IMG/VR virus record: IMGVR_UViG_3300037634_002466
Span: 1-57,691 of that record
DNA length: 57,691 nucleotides
DNA from: a virus
Lineage: Duplodnaviria; Caudoviricetes
Reading direction: 5' to 3' (one strand)
In this document: positions 34,602 through 44,475 of the stretch, piece by piece
Position numbering within the stretch: the stretch's first letter is position 1
Layout of the letters: each line of letters begins with the position of its first letter
Program-made: the position numbers and the translations under genes
Notes under the pieces: model-generated
Database searches by the model: none
Told to the model about the DNA's origin: nothing
The model's input: only the letters and a program-made list of their open reading frames with translations

Positions 34602-37600
34602 TATAAATCTCTATCTAGATCAAATATATTAGTAGAACGGAATCCCATTCCATATCCACTTACGCTCGGGCTAGAAGGCATAAAGCCTTCTCCATTCGTG
34701 GTAACTTTTGCTTTGTATATATTAACCAATCTCTTTCTACCACTATAGTCTGTACTACAATGTCTAGCATTGTCGAAAGTATCGGCAAACGATTCATCCA
34801 ACCAAACATTTACTTCATTGGTAGGCTGCATTAATCCTTTAGTAGCGTACCCCCTCCCAGAAACCGTCATCCCGAATACAGGAAGATCAGAAGCATCTAA
34901 CACTACATCTGTCGGGTAGTAATACCCACTGGTAGCAAAAGTACTAGTATCATTAAGCACTGTTAGTAACTCTGGGTATATGCCACTTACTTCCATATCA
35001 GCAGAAACTGCCCCTGACAATGCATATCCTTGAGCTAAGTGTTGATAAGGTCTAGTATCTTCAGGCACAGCACCATTATCAGAGGTAGCATACGACAATG
35101 CTTTAGCCCCAGGATGGACTGAAAAGAATAATCTAAACGGTCCTCTATTCTTATATGAAGGCTCCCCGTAAGTACTAGCATTACCTGTTCTAGCCAATTG
35201 AATATTGGGCATTAAGTTAGTTAAAGTACTTGCAATATCCACACCACTACCAAAGTGGTCAAGAACAGAAAGAGTTCTGGTATCAGGTGTACCAGAGAAT
35301 GCAGTATAGCCCACAGCACTAGAATCATCCCCCAAACCTAACTCAGTTCCTGAAGCAGTATAGAACGATCTAGGACCTGTGTAACCATTCAACGATGGGT
35401 AGACACCACTTACTGTTGAGTAACTAGCATTTAGCTTAGAGGAATCTTGTATATTCCATATAAACAAATCATTACATCCAGCCACACTAGCAGACGGATC
35501 AAAGTATGATTGATCCGAATTTACATATGCTGTTGGGAAGTGAACATTTTTAACAAAAACTTCACTATTTCCAGTAGCCTTAACACACACCCCACCCCTA
35601 GAAAGATTATCGCGTATATACTGACCAGAGGAAGGTGCGTATTCATTCGCAGCATCAGATATTAAAATACGGTAACAACTAAGGTTAAGGTCTTCAGTAC
35701 TCTTCATATTACCAAAAGTGGTATTTAACTTCCAGTCTCTAATATTAACATTATCAACTAAATTACTGTGGGCCATACTATTTAATTGAGGATTTGGAAA
35801 AAACTGTAGTCCTCCCCTGGCGCATATAGCAGACACCCCTGTAGGGACCGTGTAATCCGCTGTATCACTTTCTGATGGGGGCCAATGAGTTTCAAATCTA
35901 CCGAGATCTTCAAATATTAATTTAGAGTTATTATTAGCTACAGCGCATGCTCTAGTAGAGTGAAGCTCTAATATAGTATCAACCGCTAGAGTACCCCAAC
36001 CAGAAATATCGTAATGAGAATTAGTAAAATCTAGAACAGGACAAGCTTTTATTGTAGACCCATTTTCCGCTAATAAGTCCACCCCATACTGAATTATTTC
36101 AGTAGGACCATGTATATAAACTTTAGATCCATTTAGTGCGGCTATACCAGCAGACCTTTGCTGTACACTAAAATCTGTAGGTCCAATAATAGCATTCATC
36201 ATACCATCTTGAGCATTTCCTATTAACTTACATACACCACCATCGTTAACTTGTATTGCGGCACCTTTAATAGATCCATCATTAACACCTATACCTGTAG
36301 TAAGTATAGAAGGACATGTGAGTTCTGCATGGGAATTATTAATTTGTATACTAGGTAAGTGATTTCCTATATGATCAGTACCAAAGGAATCATTAAATAC
36401 CTGCTTACTGTATATTCTATAAATAAAGTTAGAGCCACCACCACCCTGGATACCAGAGAAATCTGCTGGATAATCAGGACCGTAATAAGATCCGTCTGTT
36501 AATACTAAATGTCTTCCATTTTTATTATGGACAACAGGGTAAGAATTTCTAACGGTTTCATTCGTAGAATATAACGGAGCCCCTGTTGACAAAGTATTCT
36601 GATTATAATTTTTATTAATTATAAAATTAGATCTAGTTAAATCTATACCCTCTTTAGCACCATTCTCATTATTAAAATATTCGGTTCTTATATCACTACC
36701 AAAAGCTTTTATATTAACTTCATTATTGTATACATCAGTATACCCGTTCATTGAATATTTGGAGTTAACAGAATACAAACCATAGTTATTGTAACCTATC
36801 TCAACAAAAGATTTATATTTAAGTTTACCTAAACCCAATGCTCCAGTACCCGCCTCAACAGGATCCCCCCCTTTAAGGGTAGAGTTTGTTAGATGTATTC
36901 CATAGGTATGAAAATATGAAGCAAGACCACCACAAATACCCTTACAGGCAGACAGTGAAGCATCTCCCTTACTAGGACTATAGGTAATTTCACTATTAGA
37001 AGCTTTTATTCCATAAGTTTCGTATAAAGAAGGACCATCAGTACCCCAAATAAGTCTAGTAGCAGTATCATAATTTCTTATTGACAGATTTCTTCTGGCT
37101 AACTCAACTTTAGAATTAACTAGTTCATATCCTGCCAAGGTGCATCTCATAGCACCACAATCCTCTATAACCACACCATTACTGTTATACACACCAATTC
37201 CTATATCAGTATCAAATGTGTCCGAAGTATCATTATACCCATCAGCTATGAAGCCTCTAATGTATATCGGGCCATCACAATTTTGAAGCTTAATCTTAGA
37301 GAATTTATTAGCAGTTATTATACCGTTAAATAATTGCCCCTGTTCTGACGTAACCCCCCTAGGGAGAGATCTATCACCAACGCTGCTTGAAACATCCTTA
37401 AGTACAGTTTCATCATCGTATTCATGATTGGGGGTATATGAGGCTGGAACTATTGGAGAAACATATACAATGTTAGAACTTCTAAATATTTCTGCCGTAG
37501 CCCCCCCAACAATACCGTATCCAGTCTTATCAGGAACTAAGCTACCTGAAGTTAGTGTAGCCGCATAGGATAAGTTTCTATAGAATCCAGCCGTTCCATT

Positions 37601-38197
37601 AGCGGGGAATAGATCTGCTGTATTTGCGGATACAGATAATGCACTAGCATTTGTTAAAAAGTTTACTGGTCCCGCACCCGAAAGTTGGTTGGGTATACCG
37701 TGAATACTGTCTGAATCATTATCCATCCGTACTGTAGTATTAGTTTTGAAATCAGAGTGTACGTTAACCCACTCCAACATAGGGGCAAACCCTCTGTTAA
37801 TAATCTCTAAAGCCCCATCTTCCTCACACTTAATATTATTAAGATTTAGCTCGCCCATATCTCCACTAACAGCCACCTCTATAAGAGTAGGCATTCTAAT
37901 TATCTCTGGGAGAGCTTCCACAGCAGCAGAGACCGAGGTAAACACATTTGCACTAAGAGCTAAATGAGTAGGTACAGAAGAGGACACCACAAGTGCCATA
38001 GAAGGTACTGCGGATAAATGATAACCAAACCTTTCCCACAAGTAAAAAGTTCTCTCCTCTAAATCATAAGAAGGGAGATTGTCTTGTTCCCAATTATAGA
38101 AAGAAGAAGAATCGTGCTTGGTAACAAAAGGGTTCCAGTAGTTGAATATATCAATACCACCAGAAACGGTATATAAGTCGTTTGAGTTGAAGGCCAT
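34601..38197 (-). CDS. Tail spike with pectin-lyase-like beta-helix
   Basis: SVSAAVEALP, then repeats such as GIGVYNS, GYELVNS, GIKASNS, GIHLTNS, GLYSVNS, GIAALNGS. Confidence 0.7.
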   Translation of the reverse strand: MAFNSNDLYTVSGGIDIFNYWNPFVTKHDSSSFYNWEQDNLPSYDLEERTFYLWERFGYHLSAVPSMALVVSSSVPTHLALSANVFTSVSAAVEALPEIIRMPTLIEVAVSGDMGELNLNNIKCEEDGALEIINRGFAPMLEWVNVHSDFKTNTTVRMDNDSDSIHGIPNQLSGAGPVNFLTNASALSVSANTADLFPANGTAGFYRNLSYAATLTSGSLVPDKTGYGIVGGATAEIFRSSNIVYVSPIVPASYTPNHEYDDETVLKDVSSSVGDRSLPRGVTSEQGQLFNGIITANKFSKIKLQNCDGPIYIRGFIADGYNDTSDTFDTDIGIGVYNSNGVVIEDCGAMRCTLAGYELVNSKVELARRNLSIRNYDTATRLIWGTDGPSLYETYGIKASNSEITYSPSKGDASLSACKGICGGLASYFHTYGIHLTNSTLKGGDPVEAGTGALGLGKLKYKSFVEIGYNNYGLYSVNSKYSMNGYTDVYNNEVNIKAFGSDIRTEYFNNENGAKEGIDLTRSNFIINKNYNQNTLSTGAPLYSTNETVRNSYPVVHNKNGRHLVLTDGSYYGPDYPADFSGIQGGGGSNFIYRIYSKQVFNDSFGTDHIGNHLPSIQINNSHAELTCPSILTTGIGVNDGSIKGAAIQVNDGGVCKLIGNAQDGMMNAIIGPTDFSVQQRSAGIAALNGSKVYIHGPTEIIQYGVDLLAENGSTIKACPVLDFTNSHYDISGWGTLAVDTILELHSTRACAVANNNSKLIFEDLGRFETHWPPSESDTADYTVPTGVSAICARGGLQFFPNPQLNSMAHSNLVDNVNIRDWKLNTTFGNMKSTEDLNLSCYRILISDAANEYAPSSGQYIRDNLSRGGVCVKATGNSEVFVKNVHFPTAYVNSDQSYFDPSASVAGCNDLFIWNIQDSSKLNASYSTVSGVYPSLNGYTGPRSFYTASGTELGLGDDSSAVGYTAFSGTPDTRTLSVLDHFGSGVDIASTLTNLMPNIQLARTGNASTYGEPSYKNRGPFRLFFSVHPGAKALSYATSDNGAVPEDTRPYQHLAQGYALSGAVSADMEVSGIYPELLTVLNDTSTFATSGYYYPTDVVLDASDLPVFGMTVSGRGYATKGLMQPTNEVNVWLDESFADTFDNARHCSTDYSGRKRLVNIYKAKVTTNGEGFMPSSPSVSGYGMGFRSTNIFDLDRDL

Positions 38198-38781
38198 TAG
38201 AACTGTAGGGTCCAGCGGAAGATGAGACTAAAATCACTAGTCTTTGTTATTTCTGTAAAGGGTCTATAGGCTGCTAGAATTGGGTTAGGGGTTACACTCC
38301 CTCTAGGATTTCTCATAAATAGTCCAACCTCGTTTAAAGTCTTCCCATTTAAAGTATCCCTATCTAACACTAAAGTATACCTTACAGATGTGCTTGTTAC
38401 TTTATGTATATTACTAAAACGAATTCGTGCAAAAGCTCTAGTAGATCCTAAGATACTTCCATCCTCTATAGGATAATAATCTTCTAATACGAGTCCTGTG
38501 TCAGATCCCCAATCAGCCTCACCTAAAATAGGGGCTCTAAGCTGGAAGGTTGATGTTCCATAATCAGTAGGATCAGTAACCCCAGAACCAACTAAAAAGT
38601 TAACAATCTGATAATCCACTATACTAGTTCCACCAGAGGCAGCAAATAGATGAGAGAATCCTACTGCCATCCCAGAAGTAACGACATTATTTTCGTCAAA
38701 GTATAATTCTTCTGACCCATCTTCATATTTTTTGAAGATTGTCAGATGCCCAGTAGGGTTCATTGCTTGTTTATTATTCAT
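38197..38781 (-). CDS. Tail-collar/fibre-anchor domain protein (minimal paralog)
   Basis: GHLTI...NVVTSG...LNEVGLF...AYRPF..ITKT.DFSLIFRWTLQF pattern typical of tail-collar/baseplate domains. Confidence 0.6.
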   Translation of the reverse strand: MNNKQAMNPTGHLTIFKKYEDGSEELYFDENNVVTSGMAVGFSHLFAASGGTSIVDYQIVNFLVGSGVTDPTDYGTSTFQLRAPILGEADWGSDTGLVLEDYYPIEDGSILGSTRAFARIRFSNIHKVTSTSVRYTLVLDRDTLNGKTLNEVGLFMRNPRGSVTPNPILAAYRPFTEITKTSDFSLIFRWTLQF

Positions 38782-38787
38782 TATAAG

Positions 38788-38794
38788 TATTTAG
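38788..38794 (-). promoter_or_regulatory. Putative late promoter (CTAAATA), 6 nt upstream of the ATG
   Basis: Intergenic CTAAATACTTATAATG. Confidence 0.55.
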
Positions 38795-38821
38795 ACCTCT
38801 CATCAATCAGTACTATTCTTT

Positions 38822-41800
38822 TCATCCTGTCACCGATAAAGTAAATGTATTAGAGAATGTAGACCCAGCCTTAGGGGTAACGAATCCCCCTCTAGGTTCC
38901 CATTGGTTATCGTCTCTAGACCAAAATTCAGGTAATATATTAGAAGCTAGATTTATTATATCTGGATGAGCAGAAGAAGCGTAACTTTGTAGGAATGGGT
39001 CATACATACAAAGGGCACCACTTAACATAGCCCAATCACTTCCAAGCGCACTTTCTTTTAAAGAACCAGAAGGACAATATATAGGTCTTGCTAACATGTT
39101 AACTCCAGCATAGGTCCTCCTAGCTAAACTTGGCTCATCATCTCTAAGTACCCACAAAGTAAACTCAGCATTTCCTGCATGATCAGTACTCGAAACCACA
39201 CCACCACTAACATCAGGGGGATTATCTCCTGAACCTTTAGGGTAGTCATCATCTTGTGTTGTACAAACCACCCAGCCATTACCAGCAGACTGATCGAAGT
39301 TTACGGTAGCATTAGATTCACCATCTGGGTGGCTGGGCAACGGGTAGGAAGAAACTTGTACATTTGAGCTTTTATCCCTTAAAGAGATTCTAAAGTATTG
39401 AGAAGGGCCATAATCACTACCAGGACCACCAGATAAGACCATACCACCACTAGAGGGAGAGGGATCTTGTACCTTTACAGAGAATAAAGTGTATCTCTTG
39501 ATAGGGAAATAATCTAATGATCCGTCTGCGAAATACTCTCCCTCCAAATCCGTTCTCATATAAGGAATTTTAGTTTCTGGGCTCGCATGGCCGGGGTGTG
39601 GTTCTACATTTATATCAGAGGCATAACTAGAAGTTATGTAATGTACCCTAAGGGGACGACCCCTAGAGTCTGTTGCGCTTGAATCTGGTAAATTCAGTAT
39701 AGGTTGATGGAAAACATGTGAGTTTGATACCCATGTGCCACTACTAGGAGTATCAGGCCAAGTAAGATTCCTATTTACATTTTTTGATAACTGTTCCGGT
39801 GGATTATTTGGGTCGTTAGGCCACATGGGACTCCATTTATCGGTCCCGTTCCATAAGTTTTCGTCCATAGCACTAACTAACGAGAAGCTACTAACTCCTT
39901 GGGCACTTAAATCCACTCTTTCATAATTTCCTGATATACTTATTGTTCCTGTAGTAGCATTCAGAGATTTGATATATATTTTTGGATTATCCCCAGAGAT
40001 AACATACTCCCCTTGTGAAACCTCGTTCCCACCAGAGTCAGTCATAAGCCAATCATCGCCAGAAACAAGATTCCCTCCAGCCGAAGTCCAATACCAATAA
40101 CAGGGCTCATTCAGGCTGGGTAATCCAAATCCTGAGTCTCCATGTGTCATCACAGGAACAGCTATGGTGGACTCCTTCGGCCCCTCAGGTGCAGTACCGC
40201 TAAACCACAACACAGGAGGCATAGTGCATCCTTTAAAGGTTGCTCCGTCCATAACTGAGGACACTACAGCAGTCTTAGAATACAATCTAAACTCATCAGA
40301 AGGAGCCATTGAATAAGAGGATGGAAATTCTACCTTACTAGATCCCGCTGGAACTAATTTAAATATAAGACTATATTCATTCCAGGTGGAAAGTCCTGCT
40401 GACGCATCCAATCTTACTCTAATAAAAGTACTAGTGTCGTAAGTCCCTAGAGATAAAGGAGATTCATAACCCTCTACTATTGACCATGGTTGTTTTACAA
40501 GATAGTTATTAGTAGTTCCTGTTCCCGAAACAGTATATGCTATTTCAGTTCCAGCAGAAGCTGGGTAATTTAAATCTATATTTACATCATAGTATACATA
40601 ACCGCTGGAATCAGCGTCTCTAAAGTCTGGGTAGACTGTAAGCTGATTAAATTTTGGGTCACCAGCCGTAGGGAAAAGCCATCCCTCAAACCTAGTAGGC
40701 TGCGAATTTCTAAAGTAGGCAGTCCTTATACCAACATACTCATACTCCTCATCTATAAAACTAAACTCCCAATCTATTAGATAAGAGAATTGATCGCTTT
40801 TATTTAAAGGATATTCTAAGGCTTTATATGCGGCTAAATAAGGCACATCCTTACCCGCATTGCCTCCTGGATTTTTAAGTAATACACCAACCTCATTAAT
40901 TGTTTGATTATTTGCTAAATTTTCGTCCACTACTAACCTTACATTAGTTGTATTAGGATGTAATCTGGTAGAGTGTCCTTCAGGTATAGTCACTACATCC
41001 TGAGGTTTGGTAACAAAGAATGGTCTTTCCCCTATGTGAACTTGATTAGGAGAAACTTCTGGATTAAACTCCCATTGGAAATGGGATAAGTATACTTGTG
41101 ACCTAGGAACTGTACCAGGGAATTGATGTGCTGATACATTAAAAGGTAAACTTGTATTTATAGCAGCAAGACTAGAGCATATAGGGATAACGAAAGGAAC
41201 AGCTAAACCACCATTCAACTCAGCACCAGTAGAGGTCATTTTATAAAAATCAATAATACCATCAGGAACATTGTTCCAAGATGTTGAAACCCTATAAAAA
41301 TTACCACTAGGACCAAATCCTACATTAGATGTATCCATGTAAGCAGCCCCTGCGCCACCAGCGGAAACATACCCCTCTAAATGATTTTGATAAGTGTAGA
41401 TAGGCCCATATCTATTATAAATATTACCTGATACAACCCCATACTCTTCTTCGGAAGATAAACCGAACGCTGCTAAGAATTTCTCAGCAGAATCTCCATT
41501 TTTATCTTCGTTCCTTTGCCAACCACTAGAAACAAAATAAGCAGAGGGGGTATATGTAGCACTTACATTATCATAATCATACCTATATGCAAACTCCATT
41601 CTATTTTGTCCTGCTGTAGTATGAATTTGAGCCATAGCCATCCTATTAAACAACTGACAAGCTCCAGCGGTAGGAGTCCCAGATACCTGGGTAGTACTAG
41701 AAAGATAATGAACACCAGCCGTATAATAAGACATGGTTTGATCTTTCTTGATAGGATTCCATAGATAAGGTATCTCACCCATACTTTTACCAGCGTTAAC

Positions 41801-42514
41801 CCCACCTTTGAATACATATCCAAATCCAGGTTTAATACAGGACTCCGTAAACTCGGGAGAGACACCATCATCTTGTATAAGATCTCTACTTGAGGTATAA
41901 GATACTCTATAAGTTGGGGCAGTAAATCCAGGTCCAGACATATCGTAATCCGCATGTGCAGACAATGGTGATATATTTTTATTTTCTGGTAAAGGCTCCC
42001 ATGCATCTGCACAACCAGAATCCCAAACAGTAGGCATTCTAGATAATTGATTCCCTCTATTAAGATCAACCCCATCAGACGGCCACCCAAAATTATTAGA
42101 GTAATCATGTACCATATTAGTTGCGTCTGGGGGATCTACAAAATTATCAATAACAGTGGTATCGTCAACAGGAAGCACGGAACCCACAGCAAAAAGATTT
42201 AAATTAGTAACTCCCATTTTACTGTTAATACCGTAAGCTGCTTTCGTCAAAGGACTTTTAATGGTCCAGAATTTAGATTTTAAGGACGCATCAGTTATAT
42301 CTGCTGAAACATTATAATTACTTAAATCGTACTTCTGATCTCCTAACTGGAAGTATCTGAACTTATAGTCCTCTACTTTATCAGATCCTGTACCTGTAAG
42401 CACATTAACAAAAGCGTGTTTGATACCTTGAGTTATCTGGTTGTAAGCTTCATAAACCACTTCTCTTTCACCAGTAGTCCTATCCACCCTCTGTATATTT
42501 AATTTACCTCTCAT
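38822..42514 (-). CDS. Tail protein: split collar-like domain with insertion plus Calx-beta/Ig-like C-terminal part
   Basis: N-half MRGKLNI..NQITQG..DYKFRYFQLG; C-half INEVGVLLKNP..LAAYK..LIDWEFSF about 400 aa later. Confidence 0.6.
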   Translation of the reverse strand: MRGKLNIQRVDRTTGEREVVYEAYNQITQGIKHAFVNVLTGTGSDKVEDYKFRYFQLGDQKYDLSNYNVSADITDASLKSKFWTIKSPLTKAAYGINSKMGVTNLNLFAVGSVLPVDDTTVIDNFVDPPDATNMVHDYSNNFGWPSDGVDLNRGNQLSRMPTVWDSGCADAWEPLPENKNISPLSAHADYDMSGPGFTAPTYRVSYTSSRDLIQDDGVSPEFTESCIKPGFGYVFKGGVNAGKSMGEIPYLWNPIKKDQTMSYYTAGVHYLSSTTQVSGTPTAGACQLFNRMAMAQIHTTAGQNRMEFAYRYDYDNVSATYTPSAYFVSSGWQRNEDKNGDSAEKFLAAFGLSSEEEYGVVSGNIYNRYGPIYTYQNHLEGYVSAGGAGAAYMDTSNVGFGPSGNFYRVSTSWNNVPDGIIDFYKMTSTGAELNGGLAVPFVIPICSSLAAINTSLPFNVSAHQFPGTVPRSQVYLSHFQWEFNPEVSPNQVHIGERPFFVTKPQDVVTIPEGHSTRLHPNTTNVRLVVDENLANNQTINEVGVLLKNPGGNAGKDVPYLAAYKALEYPLNKSDQFSYLIDWEFSFIDEEYEYVGIRTAYFRNSQPTRFEGWLFPTAGDPKFNQLTVYPDFRDADSSGYVYYDVNIDLNYPASAGTEIAYTVSGTGTTNNYLVKQPWSIVEGYESPLSLGTYDTSTFIRVRLDASAGLSTWNEYSLIFKLVPAGSSKVEFPSSYSMAPSDEFRLYSKTAVVSSVMDGATFKGCTMPPVLWFSGTAPEGPKESTIAVPVMTHGDSGFGLPSLNEPCYWYWTSAGGNLVSGDDWLMTDSGGNEVSQGEYVISGDNPKIYIKSLNATTGTISISGNYERVDLSAQGVSSFSLVSAMDENLWNGTDKWSPMWPNDPNNPPEQLSKNVNRNLTWPDTPSSGTWVSNSHVFHQPILNLPDSSATDSRGRPLRVHYITSSYASDINVEPHPGHASPETKIPYMRTDLEGEYFADGSLDYFPIKRYTLFSVKVQDPSPSSGGMVLSGGPGSDYGPSQYFRISLRDKSSNVQVSSYPLPSHPDGESNATVNFDQSAGNGWVVCTTQDDDYPKGSGDNPPDVSGGVVSSTDHAGNAEFTLWVLRDDEPSLARRTYAGVNMLARPIYCPSGSLKESALGSDWAMLSGALCMYDPFLQSYASSAHPDIINLASNILPEFWSRDDNQWEPRGGFVTPKAGSTFSNTFTLSVTG

Positions 42515-44475
42515 ATGAATTTAACCTTCCAGTACAAGTCTAGGTTCAAATAATCACCGAATATACCAGCCGATGTACCCAAGCCTTCATTCTTCATTAT
42601 ATTATCTGTTAATACCTTTTTACTGTATAGTTTATATCTTCTAGTTGGGTAAGCTGTTCCATCTTGGTCCATCCTCTGATGCTGGAACTTAGCTAGGTAG
42701 GGAGGAAATGCTCCTATGTTATCTTCTTTAATTTTCTTTAAATCTAGTCCCCACAAACCTATAACATTTACTCCACCGAAAATATTTAGTAAGACAGAAT
42801 CAGAATTATGCCCTCCATATACCACCCAACTAGTTGCGTCATGACCCGACATATTTACCATTCTCATATGATACTGTATTTCTCCAGTAGAAGAAAAATC
42901 CAATTCCGCTTCCACTCTGCATTTGTTCTGTGGACCACCAAAAGAATAATCGGTAGGTAGATAACCTTCTCCATTTCTATGCATGATCCAATACCCATAC
43001 GCATCCATGCTGCAACGAACATTACTTCCCTGACATATTCCCTGATATAAAGGAGTACTTGATAACGGGTTAGCTAATCCATTTTCGTCATAAGCAGATA
43101 CGAAGTAAACTAAAGATGCAGCAGGAGCAGTTGCCGATACTCCAGAAGATAATACATCACCACTCACAACAAAAGTTCCAACATAACTTAAATGTCTACC
43201 AAATACAGGTGTGTACTTACTGCTGTAAGACCAAGAAGAATCAAAAGAACTTACATACAAGGAGTCTCCTAAGTTTTGAACTGCACTATTCTGACCTTTA
43301 GTTATTTGAACTCCAAAAGCCTCCTCAACTGGGGTAATTGCCCCTAGAGTTAGCTCAGTGTCCTCTGGGTGCGCTGCTGGGATTAAGGTGGTGGGATTGG
43401 GTATATACGCAGAAACGCCCAGGTCGGACACAGAGGAGCCGTACAGGCCACTTAGGGTCTGCCCACCCGAACCGCTAACCACATAGTACTTGAAAGCTAC
43501 CTTATCACCCTTAGCATCGGTAAAAGTTCCATAAGGAGCGGTGGAATTTAATCTAGAGTACGCTAAAGTATTATCTCTGGTGAGGAAAGAAGATGTTTTC
43601 ACATAATTAGTAGGGTGAGTACCTAATTCTAATTGTGGTCTATTTATGTAAATAGATCCCGCACCTCCTGTTACAGGATAAGTAGTAGTATCTACTAAAG
43701 CATCTGCGGATTCCCCCACAGATGGATAGATATATGCTGTAGTTGGATGTGTAGATCCCCCACTAGCATATAAACCATGAACAAATACTCTATACCATCC
43801 TCCTCCAATATCCTTAATACCTGCTAAGGAGGAAGTCCACCCAACAGTATCATCTAATACAGCTACACCCCTATTATCCCATTTAATACTAGTTTGGAAT
43901 AAATTATTACAAGAACTAAGAGCTATTTGAGAATACCCTGTGTACTCATTAGTAGTGCCAGAAACCTGAACAGGAGGATCACCTCTATTTAATTTTACAT
44001 CTACACCAAATACAAAATCTGTTCCACTAAAATAAGGTGCCCCAAAGGCTCCATCTGTACCATCATACAGTATCGCCTGGGACAAAGAACCAGAACTAGT
44101 ATCAGCGTTTAATAAATGCCCACTACTATTAAAAGTGTCTCCCTCTACAGAATTTTTAGTCAGTGTAACATTGGTTAAGGTCCACCCAGAGGTATCGTCT
44201 AAGTCTGAATTATGTAGCAGGTTGTCAGTGGAGTAAGCGTGTTGATTAGTTTTAAACTGATCCTTCCCTTTAGACATAGAAAATGCTTGTATAGTATAAT
44301 TAGAAGAATCTAAAGCTGCGCTGTTGCGTGCGGTAGGGTACTGTATAGAAGACGGAGTAGTTAACATATCAACTATATTCTCAGAGAACCCAACTGTTGT
44401 CATATTATCATCAGAATAAAGAAGATCCTTTCTTCCCTCTTCTGTAGTTCCGTAAATTTCTACTATGCCTTTCAT
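42511..44475 (-). CDS. Tail protein: collar-like domain with inserted carbohydrate-binding-like module
   Basis: MKGIVEI..NMTTVG; insert NLLHNS...GGGWYRV...PQLELG.HPTNYVKT is a common phage fibre CBM-like pattern; ends LYWKVKFI. Confidence 0.6.
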   Translation of the reverse strand: MKGIVEIYGTTEEGRKDLLYSDDNMTTVGFSENIVDMLTTPSSIQYPTARNSAALDSSNYTIQAFSMSKGKDQFKTNQHAYSTDNLLHNSDLDDTSGWTLTNVTLTKNSVEGDTFNSSGHLLNADTSSGSLSQAILYDGTDGAFGAPYFSGTDFVFGVDVKLNRGDPPVQVSGTTNEYTGYSQIALSSCNNLFQTSIKWDNRGVAVLDDTVGWTSSLAGIKDIGGGWYRVFVHGLYASGGSTHPTTAYIYPSVGESADALVDTTTYPVTGGAGSIYINRPQLELGTHPTNYVKTSSFLTRDNTLAYSRLNSTAPYGTFTDAKGDKVAFKYYVVSGSGGQTLSGLYGSSVSDLGVSAYIPNPTTLIPAAHPEDTELTLGAITPVEEAFGVQITKGQNSAVQNLGDSLYVSSFDSSWSYSSKYTPVFGRHLSYVGTFVVSGDVLSSGVSATAPAASLVYFVSAYDENGLANPLSSTPLYQGICQGSNVRCSMDAYGYWIMHRNGEGYLPTDYSFGGPQNKCRVEAELDFSSTGEIQYHMRMVNMSGHDATSWVVYGGHNSDSVLLNIFGGVNVIGLWGLDLKKIKEDNIGAFPPYLAKFQHQRMDQDGTAYPTRRYKLYSKKVLTDNIMKNEGLGTSAGIFGDYLNLDLYWKVKFI

